The notes under the pieces were generated by a model. It did no database searches, was not told where the DNA came from, and worked only from the letters and a program-made list of their open reading frames with translations. Below, in pieces: positions 52,713 through 64,000 of a stretch of DNA of 64,000 bases (position 1 is its first letter; every line of letters begins with the position of its first letter). The DNA is taken from positions 372,001 to 436,000 of the forward strand of contig CAUYUJ010000037.1 in assembly GCA_963575745.1 (NCBI GenBank). The letters run 5' to 3'. The translations under genes and the position numbers were made by a program. Origin of the DNA: Prorocentrum cordatum. Taxonomy: Eukaryota.

Positions 52713-54574
52713 CGACGGCCCCTGGCGCCGGCTCCTGGAGTGGCTCTGCTGCTGGCTGGAGGGAACGCTGGGGGCGAGGCGGCTGCGGCCGCCTTCAGCT
52801 GCGGGGCTGGCCGGCGGCACGGCCTGAGCGGGGCGCGAGGGGTGCCCCTCGGGCGCGAAGGATCGGGGCGTCCGCGGCCTGTGGGACCGCGCGCGCTTCC
52901 CGGCGGTGTGCAGGGAGCGAGACAGAGAGAGAGAGAGAGAGAGACAGAGAGAGAGGGAGAATGAGAGAGAAGAGGGAGGGAGGGAGGGAGGGAGGTGCCA
53001 GGTGGCGTTCCTCGGCAGGCTCCCGCGTGCTCCAATCGGTGCGCCCTGCCCCGCGCTGTGCAGCCGTTGCGGCACAGACCAGCGCTGGATGCAGCGCTGG
53101 GCCAGGCATGGAGCGGTACCCCATGGGGGGCGGGGATGGTACGTACGACGGCCAAAAATGGAACCCTTCAATGCTAGACCCCGTGTTCGCCGCCCACCCC
53201 ATCCGCCCCCCCAGACTCAAAATTGGGCTGGGCACTCGCGGAGGCCATGGGGGTCCACTCTCTTCGTCTTCTCACGCCTGTACTGCCGAATGCCTGGGTT
53301 CAACTTTGAACTGGGGGAGGGGGGGAGGAGGTGGAGTGATGGATTCCATTTTGTTGTCGATCTGCGGGGCGACTTCTGGGCCCGCGAAGGGAGCAGTAGG
53401 AGGAGCAGGAAGGAGCAGGGATGGGGGTGGCAGGGAGGAGAGGAGCAGGAGGAGGAGGAGGAGGAGGAGGAGGAGGAGGAAAGGACGAGGAGGAGGAGGA
53501 GGAGGAGGAGGAGGAGGAGGAGGAGGAGGAGGAGGGGGGAGCTGTTCGGGAACTGCTCGATCACATGGGCTACCAAGCTGTGCTGTGCAACACGCGGCAC
53601 GCAGGCGGGAGTAGCCACGAACATCACCCTGGCGGGCGCCACTCGCGCCCAGCTGGGCCCGCGCTTGAGCACGTTAGTGTAGTCAGCGACCACGTCCTGT
53701 ACGCTGCACGGTCTCTTGCGCAAGCCCGTGCGCCTTGAGGCCAGAACACAAAGAGCGGCCATCCCCTCCTACAAGGGCTGAGTCGTCAACCATGTCCTTA
53801 GTTCTTTGGTGCGTCAGCACGCCCGCTTCCAGGTCTGACAACGATGTCGTATGGTGTTCGGGCTTGGACCACACGCTGCATTCTCGCTATATTTTTAGCC
53901 CGTTGTCCGTCAAGCAGTAATCGTCAGGTCCCTGGCCCTTCGCCCTAGCAGTCGGAGTCCAAATCGGTCAACGTCGGGAAGTGCGGCAGGACATGAAATA
54001 CAGAATTGTATCTTTCGCCCTGGCCTCCTTCCAAACGTTGTCGGCCAATACGCGCTCCTGGTGCACGCTGCTCGCCATGCCCTTCTCTTGCGTGGTGATA
54101 TTGCTTCGATCCTTGCTGATGGTGTGGCCGGTGTCTGAAATCTCATCGCCATCCTCATCGCTCATCTTGCTCATCCCGTCCTCAGACCAAGCGTGCCCCC
54201 CCCCTTATCGCGCGCTTCTCTGCTATACTTCCAGGGTCGTCATCTGCCACTGTTTCCTGCAGACTGTCTCCGCCTTGCTCACCCTGAGCGTGTGTATCCA
54301 CGCCAGGCACCCTGGTTTTCGACACTAGGTCTTGGGCTGCCATCGCGGCCATCTCCAGAGCGAGGCTGGTGGGTCCGCCCGTCTGGCCACGCTGGCTCCG
54401 GTCGCCGCCGGGTCTGGGCGGCGGACAAGCTCCGCGATCGGTCCCTGGATGGCTGCTGAGTCCGACGAGGGTAGGGCTGCTGGGGCGGGTTTGGCGGAGA
54501 CATACTTGGTACCAGGGTCTCCTCCTTGCCCTCCTCCTCCTCCTCCTCCTCCTCCTCCTCCTCCTCCTCCTCCG

Positions 54575-54695
54575 AATGTAAGGGTTTCGAGTCACGGCTC
54601 CGCTGGCGCGCGGAGCACGCCGGAGGTGCCGCCGAGGGGCCCAGCGCAGATCCCAGAATCCGCGCGGACCGTCGAAAGGTTATGTTCGTATCGCG
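54575..54695. mobile_element. MITE-like family B, partial copy
   Basis: ccagcgcagatcccagaatccgcgcggaccgtcgaaaggttatgtt matches the right arm of 11168-11340. Confidence 0.6.
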
Positions 54696-54924
54696 CCTCA
54701 TCCTCCAGATCTGACGTCGGACGGCGTGGAAGCCTCTTCAGCCCCTGCGGGCTGGGCGCTGCCCACTCGGGTAGCCTGCCCAACTCGACATGGCGTGGTG
54801 CATGGTATGGGTGCACCATGTGAGTGCCTCTTTCTGCGTTTCCGCGCCAGCGTAAGGCGAGCCGTCTCGAATCTCCAGCCGCCGCGCCGATGTGGAGGCT
54901 CCTCGGCTTTCCCCGCTGGTTCTT

Positions 54925-55352
54925 CGAAAATTGCAGGGTGGGGAGGCACAAGGAGAACAGAGCTGCCAGAAGGTAGCAGAGGTCAGAGCTGGCGGCGAGA
55001 AGAGTGTCGGATCCGGGTGGAAAATTGCAGGGTGGGGGGGCCCAAGAACAGAGCTGCCAGGAGGGTGCAGAGGTCAGACCTGGTGGCTAGAACAGGGTCG
55101 GAGCCGGTCGGGAAATTGGAAGGTGGCTAGAACAGGGCCGGATTCGGTCGGGAAGTTGGAGGGTGGGGAGGCCCAAGGACAGATGTGCCAGGAGGGTGCG
55201 GAGGTCAGGGCTGGTGGCCAGATCAAGGTCGGATCCTGTGGGGGAATTGCAGGGTGGGGGGGCCCAAGATCAGAGCTGCCAGGAGGGTGCGAAGGTCAGA
55301 CCTGGTGGCCATAATAGGGTCGGAGCCTGTCGGTCAAGTGCAGGGTGGGGGG
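54925..55352 (+). repeat. ~90 bp satellite, left segment
   Basis: Units agagctgccaggagggtgcggaggtcagacctggtggctagaacagggtcggatccggtcgggaaattgcagggtgggggg. Confidence 0.9.
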
Positions 55353-55380
55353 GTGGATGAGGTATTAAACATCGAGATAA

Positions 55381-55795
55381 CCGTGTTGCGGAAGACCCAG
55401 ACGGTTTTTGAAGACCCGTTCCCGTGTTGCGGAAGGCATGGGCGGTTAGGGAAGGCTTGGCTGCGTGTTGCGGAAGGCCTGGACGGCTTGCAGAGACCCG
55501 GTTCCGTGCTGCGGAAGGCCCGGACGGTTTGGAAAGACCCAGCCGCGTGTTGCGGAAGGCCCGGACGGTTTGGGAAGGCTTGTTGCCGTGTTGCAGAAGG
55601 TCCGGTTGATTGTTGAAGGCCGTGTTGCGGAAGGCCCGGACGGTTTGGGAACGCCCGTCCCAGTGTTGCGGGAGGCCCGAACGGTTTGGGAAGGCCAGGT
55701 TGCGCGTTGGTCTGGCCGTTTGTTTAAGGCCCGGCTCCGTGTTGCAGAAGGCCCGGATGTTTTGGCAAGGAGCGGCTGCGTGTTGCGGAAGGCCC
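55381..55795 (+). repeat. 41-bp minisatellite, about 10 copies
   Basis: ccgtgttgcggaag or close variant at 55381, 55422, 55463, 55504, 55545, 55586.. Confidence 0.92.
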
Positions 55796-55799
55796 TAAG

Positions 55800-57607
55800 G
55801 GTAGACCGCAAGACCCGAAGACCCTCAAACCCAAGGGCCCTCAGACTTTAAAACCGTGAGACCCTTAGACCCGCCGACCCGAAGACCTGAAAACTCGAAG
55901 ACCCGAAAACCCGAAGGCCCTACGACCCTAAGACAGTGCGACCCGAAGACCCATTAGATCCAAGACCTCGAGACCCATAAGACCCTACGACCCTGAGCTC
56001 CTAAAACCAGAGGGCCCGAATAGCCTAAGACCCGTGAGACCTGTAGGACCCTTGCAGACCCGTGGAGACCCATAAGACCGTAAGACTTTAAGACCTTGGG
56101 ATTCAGTATGGCCACGAGACCCCAAACCCTTAGATCCGAGGCCACGAAGACCCTATGACCCTGAGACCCGAAGGCCCTACGGCCCTAAGGCCATGTGACC
56201 CGAAGACCCTAAGACCAGACGACCCTTTGACCGTGAGAGGCCCGCATACTCGAAGACACGAAGGCCCAAACGCCCGAAGACCCGAACGCCCGAGAACCCG
56301 AGGGCCCGAAGGCCCGAAGACCCGAAGGCCGGAAGACCCGAGAGCCTGAAGACCCGAAGACCCTAAGGCCCTCAGCCCCGAAGCCCCGAAGCCCGAAAGA
56401 CCCGGAGACCCGACAGCCCCGACGACCCGAAGACCCCACGACTCCAAGACCCAAATACCCTAAGACCCAAATACCTCTAGACCCTAAGACCTCAAGGCCA
56501 GGGGACCCGAAGACCCAACTACCCGAAGACCCGAATAAAACCCGAGTGAGACCAGAAGACCCGAGTGCCCGAAGAGCCCCCAGACCCGAATACCCTCACA
56601 CCTTCAGGCCCGAAGCTCTCGAGGCCCGAAGCCCCGGAGACCCATAGATTTCAAGGCCCTACGACCCTGATGCCCCAATCCCATGAGACCCTCACGCCCG
56701 AAGACCCTGAGACCCCACGACCCCGTGACCTCCAGACCCCAAGACCGCAAGACCCCAAATCACTGAGGCCCGAAGGCCCTAATGCCCCAAAGCTCTGAGA
56801 CCTTTAAACCCGAAGACAAGACCCGAAAACCTCTAGACCCGAAGACCGCGATACCCTCAGACCCTAGGACCCGCAAGACCCGCACAGGCCCATCGAGACC
56901 CAAACAAATTGCAGGACCATGGGAACCGAAGATCCCGAGGACCCGAAGTCCCCGCTACCCTAACACTCTAAGACCCTACGTCCATAAGTCCCTGAGACGC
57001 GAAGGCCCTCGGGCCCGAAGGCCCGAAGGCCCTGTGGCCCGAAGACCCGAAGACCCGAAAGTCCTAAGGCCGACCCTAAGACCCAAAGGCCCGACGACCC
57101 GGAGAACCTTGGACCCTAAGACCCGAAGGCCCCAAGACCCGACGACTATGACCTAGGGCCCTCAGACCCCGAAGCCCGAAGACAAAAAGTCCTGAAGACC
57201 AGGAGACCCCGAGGCCCGCCGAAGACCCAAAGACCCCAGACCCGATGACTCTAAGACTCTGAGATCCGAAGCCCCTAAGACCCGTAAGATCCGTAATGAC
57301 CCATTACTGCAAGATCCCAAGCACCAGAGAACCGAAGACCCGAAGGTCCCAAGACCCTAAGACTCTTAAGACCGTAGGCCTAAAGACCCGAAGACCCTGT
57401 GGCCCGAAGGCACAAGGACCCCAATGCCCCAAGGCCCTACAAAGGCCTTAAGACCCTGGGGCCCTGGGGCCTTCAGACCCTCCGACGCAAAGACGCTCAG
57501 ACCCTATGACCCGAGGACCCGAACGCCCGAACGCCCGAGAACCCGAACACCCGAAGACTCGAAGACCCGACAGCCCTGAGACCCGAAGGCTCGAAGACCT
57601 GAAGACC
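55800..57607 (+). repeat. Degenerate ~8-bp (gacccgaa/gaccctaa) minisatellite, 1.8 kb
   Basis: Direct inspection. Confidence 0.9.
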
Positions 57608-59735
<2,128 letters not shown>

Positions 59736-59739
59736 AGAT

Positions 59740-60540
59740 CCCATACCCAGAGGGTGCAGGAGGCTGGGAATGTCGGGCGTGGTGGGGATCGGGGTAGGTG
59801 TCGAGGTGGGGGTCGGCTTGGACTCCGAGTTGGAATTTGTCAGGTGGAAGGGTCCTAAGAGCCCATTCCCAGAGGTTGCAGGAGGCTGGGGATGGCGGGC
59901 GCGGCGGGGGCCGAACCCATGCCCAGAGGCTGCAGGAGGCTGGGGATGCCGGGCGCGGGGGGGGGGGGTCGGGGCAGGGGTCGGGGCGGGTTCTGGGCAA
60001 AGAATGCCAGGAGGGGTGGGTCCGAAGAATCCATGCCGAGAGGCTGCAGGAGACTGCGGGTGTTGGGCGTGGCGGCGGCCAGGGCATGGTCGGGGCGGTT
60101 TCTGGGCCAGGGCCTGTCGGGTGGGGGGGTCCGAAGAACCCGTGCCAAGAGGTTGTAGGAGGTTGGGGATGTCGGGCGTGGTGGAGGTCGGGGTGGGAGT
60201 CGCGGTGGGCGCAGGACCGAGAATTGTCGGGTGGGCCAGGCCTGGACTTGTCGCGTGGGGGGTCCTAAAACACATGCCCAAAGACTGCGGGGGGCCGGGG
60301 GCGCGGGGCGCGGCGGCCGTCGGGGGGTGGGGGGGAGAATCAAGGTGGCCCCCAGGGAGAACAGAGCTCCCAGGCATTGCGGGGGTCGGACCAGGCCCGA
60401 CCAGGCGGGGGCCAAGTGGGGGGTCAGGGCGGGTTCTGGGCCAGGAATTGTCGGCGGGGGGGCGGACGGGCAAAGCGCCCAGAGCAGTGCGGGTCGATTC
60501 CGGGTTAGGAAGCGTCGAGTGGGGGGAGCCCAAGAAAAGA
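59740..60540 (+). repeat. Degenerate G-rich repeats (cccagaggctgcaggaggctggggatg units)
   Basis: Motif recurs at ~59747, 59868, 59922, 60036 and 60145. Confidence 0.75.
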
Positions 60541-60729
60541 GCACCCAGGACTGTCAGGCGAGACGGAAAACCCGGATGATCGTGCAGAAGGATTCCTCAC
60601 ACGCCTCTCGGGTCGACGGACGTTCCTCCTCCTGCTCCCCCTCGTCCTCATCCTGCTCCTCCTCCTCCTCCTCCTCCTCCTCCTCCTCCTCCTCCTCCCC
60701 CATCCTCCTCGTCGTCGTCCTCCTCCTCC

Positions 60730-63700
60730 AGCTTCGGTTCGAGAGGAGGAGGGCCCCCCCCCTGGGCGCCTGCTCGGCGGGCGAGGGGGCGCCCCCCCCA
60801 TCGCGCGCTTGGACCGGCGCCCACGGCGCCGCCATCGCGCGAGGCGGCGGCGCAGTGCGGGGCGCGCGCGCCGCGCGGAGGACCGCGCACTCCTCCGCGC
60901 CTGGCCCCGCAGGCTCTCGCCCGCGCTGCAGGAGCGCCTGCGGCGAGCGGCGAGGAGGCCCGTGGAGCGCCACGGCTCCTCGCCAGGCAAGATGGCGCCT
61001 GGCCCTCGCCCCACGGGCGTCGGGCGCTGCGCGGCCCCGAGGCGCCGCGCTGGGGCTGCTCCTGCGGCAGGGCCAACTGGGCGTCCCGCATCGCGTGCTC
61101 CTGTGGGAAGTCAGCCCCGCGACGGGTGGTTGATGCTGCCGGAGTGGCGGATCAGGGTCTGAGTGGCGAAACCCGCGACGACGTGCAAAGGCGGGCGTTG
61201 CTACCTCAGGACAGATGGCACGCAAGCTCGCCCCGCGGTCCAAAGAGATCGTCGGCCTCGAGGGGCAGATGCGGGCGCTCGCGCTGCAGCTGGCAGGGCT
61301 CGCGCAGAATACCTCCATACCTGGCGCGGGGGCAGCTGCAGCGACGAAGCCGAGAGCGCGGCCCAAGGAGCAGAAGGAGGAGCAGAACAGCGACATGTCC
61401 AGCCTCCGACAGCGGACCGCTCTGCAGGAGAAGATCAACTACCGCGAGAAGGACCCCAAGGAGCGCTGCATTGTGGAGGAGGACCGCGGACCCCTTTCAT
61501 CTCCTTCACCAACGGGCGCTCGAGGACCTTCGGCAGCAAGCGCGGGCGCTTCGCCCCCCGGGCACTGCGCGCAGGGCCACCGCGCAGATGCAGGCGAAGC
61601 GCAGGAAGCAGCTGGACAGGCACGAGAACGACCTCAAGAGCAAGCAGGAGCAGCTCGAGACCATCACCGAGAATATCCAGCACAAGCAGGAGGCTATCAC
61701 GGCAAAGCGCACTGAAGTGGAGGTCTCCAAGCTCGAAGCGGACAAGCAGGCGCGCGCGCCCCTGGGAGCGCGGGGCGAACGGCCGACGGCGACGAGGATT
61801 GCCAGTCTTGCAGCGGAAGACATCATCGAGCTCGGCATCGACGACGGATTACTCCAGGCCCCTGCGGCGACAGAGGCGCTGGCAGCATTCAAGGCTAGCC
61901 CCCGCTCCGGGAAAACCAGGGAGGCCGTGCCCGAGAAGGTCGAAGGGGAGCTGGCCGCGGCTGCTGATGCGGTTCCTGTTCCGGATGTTTGTGCTGATGG
62001 TGATGGCGAGCAGCCTGGCTCCCAAGCAGAAGGAGAACCAAGCCTCACGGATGAAGATCACCGCCCAGGTCGAGCGGAGAAGCGCGGGGCAGGAGACGCC
62101 AGCATCGCGTCCGTGGCCACAGAGGACGTCGTGCAGATCTGGGCCCCTGGGCGCAACTCCGCAAAGAAGGCGAGCCACCTTCCAACTGGGCGATGGGGCA
62201 GCTCGCGGAGGCGGCTTCCTGCCTGCAGAACACGATGCACCACAGGACCGAAGACGGGTCTGCACGCGCTGGCAGAGGGTCGGGCGGGCGACGCTCGACC
62301 GCGCGCCAGCGGCTTAGTATGCATGGCCCGCGCTCGCAACTCCTGGAGGCACCCGAGCTGCTCAAGACGACGCGCGCCTTCGAGACGTTCAACGCGAATC
62401 AGGGTAAGAAGACCCTGTCAAGACGTCTCCGCGTGCCCACTGCAATGTTCATCTTGGCACAAATGACTGGGCATCGTTTGGGCGACTGCGCGAGTCCTAA
62501 GCTCGCGGTCCACGGCTCACGGATGGCATGCCCTATGGTTCCAGTCCAAGCGGCCAAGGGGCACTTACGGTCTGCTGGGGTTGCAGTGTTTGCGAGGGAA
62601 GGAGTCGGACATCGAGGGCCGACTTGCCAAATTGATGCCCCACAGCGACGCGCCAGAGATGCGAATGCTAAGATCGCCCATGGCTCACGTACGTTGGAGG
62701 GGCGAAGATCACGTCGCGGGTTGCGAACGGGCCTTTCCTCCGGGACTACACGCGGTCTCTTGAAAGAGGTTTTGCTGTGGAAGCCCTTCGTGCGGCGAAG
62801 GAGGAGACGGCAACGGTGGCGTGGCGCTTTCTATTTAAAGCACGGGGTAAATGGGCCCTTCGAGCTGCGATGCGATTTGGACATCTCACTGGCGCGGATG
62901 TCATGGCCAGCTCCTATGCGCGTTCGCTGCAATCACAGTGGGTTGAGCGATTTCACGAGAGTGCTTCTGGCGAGGATGCGCAGGCGGTTGCGGACGGCTG
63001 GAAGTGGCTTCAGGACAGTGCATGGGCTGGTTGCTGCGAAAGCTGGAGCCAGAACTGCCGCGGGGCGACTCACCTACGACGACGAGGTGCAAGGGGTCCT
63101 TGCTGTAGAGTACATCGGGCAGAATTTCAACGCGAGATTGGACTCCTCGGTGCAGCAAGCAAGGCGGTCAGTCTAGAGTGCTTGCACACGCGATGAGATC
63201 GCCAACCTATCGGAGGATTCTGATGAGGAGATCGGCTACGCCATGCAGCCCGCCAATAAGGATTCCAACAAGCGATGGAAGGTATTGCGTGATGGTGCCT
63301 GCGCTGGAGGAGCAAGCAAGTCTCACCGACTTGCACGAGCCAGAGACGCGCAGGCGCCCACGATAGCAAATGATGCGAGCACGGAATCACCAGACACCCG
63401 CATTACATTGGGAAGTTCATGGAGGACAAGCACGCAGCACATCGGAAAGCTACCGCGGCGGCCCCATAGGCATGGATCCCTGACCGATCAACCCTTAATC
63501 GGCCGACACCTGAGGACATCGAGAGGGCCTCCATCTCCTTCAGCGCGAAGTCCCCCAGCAGCCTCGACGGCTTCCATCCCGCCCACCTGCAGCACCTGAG
63601 TGACGACGCGCTGGAAGCCTTGCGCAACATCATGCTGGCATGCGAAGCACGGGTTGTTTCCTGCGCAGCTCGCGTGGATGGTGATGCCGATTTTACCCGT

Positions 63701-64000
63701 GGCAGAAGGTGGACACAGGATCATTATGTTATATTCAATGGCATATCGAGTATGGCAGCGACTAAGGAAGCCTGCGCTGTCCCGCATACAGCAGCAGCGG
63801 GTGCGGCGATTCTGGGGCGCGGCAAGGAATACAAGCGCGATTGGTCGCGCCTGGCAAGTGGCAGCGGAGGCGGAGCAGAACGCATCCGTTGGGCGCTACA
63901 CAGCTACGAACATCGCAGACTACAGCAAGTACTCTGAGACCATCTCCCTGGATGAATCGAGGGACAAGCTGGTTCGACGGGGCACGTCAATGGCAGCGAC
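60730..64000 (+). mobile_element. Degenerate non-LTR retrotransposon (LINE): ORF1 + endonuclease + RT, truncated by the window end
   Basis: WGCSCGRANWASRIACSCG at 61051; coiled coil RKQLDRHENDLKSKQEQLETITENIQHKQE; endonuclease-like FETFNAN..ILAQ..SAGVAVFAR..FYLKHG (62379-62845); RT-like LDGFHPAHLQHLSDDALEAL, PILPVAEGGHRIIMLYSMAYRVW, DYSKY (63918); multiple frameshifts. Confidence 0.85.

Noticed and set aside
51393..53171. 592-aa ORF on the minus strand
   Set aside because: It is built from CCT, CT and CAT repeats and has no domain signal.
55381..55795. CRISPR-like 41-bp periodic array
   Set aside because: The variable part is only about 10 bp and related between units; it is a plain minisatellite.

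Overview
This is a GC-rich, extremely repeat-dense window. It looks like intergenic or intronic eukaryotic nuclear DNA, and its repeat and retroelement style suggests a dinoflagellate such as Prorocentrum (inference, not proven). I can support no intact protein-coding gene, RNA gene, operon or CRISPR-Cas locus; nearly all ORFs in the track come from microsatellites and high GC. The coding material I can recognise is decayed: (1) a frameshifted LTR-retrotransposon gag/zinc-knuckle/aspartic-protease remnant (~30.8-32.4 kb, +); (2) the 3' part of an RNase H-bearing retroelement with Cys/His motifs (~48.3-49.6 kb, -); (3) a degenerate LINE with a RanBP2-like zinc finger, coiled-coil ORF1, endonuclease and RT, running off the window end (~60.7-64 kb, +); (4) two unassigned coding-like relics. 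The rest is long (GAT)n, (GTA)n and (GGA)n tracts, several minisatellite arrays (some nested or higher-order), several MITE-like families with terminal inverted repeats, and two related Helitron-type 3' termini. The most unusual structure is a tandem pair of 'leader + ordered palindromic repeat array' elements at 43.7-47.6 kb, the first ending in twin hairpins. All alignments were made by eye and most boundaries are approximate. Short exons of an intron-rich gene cannot be excluded.
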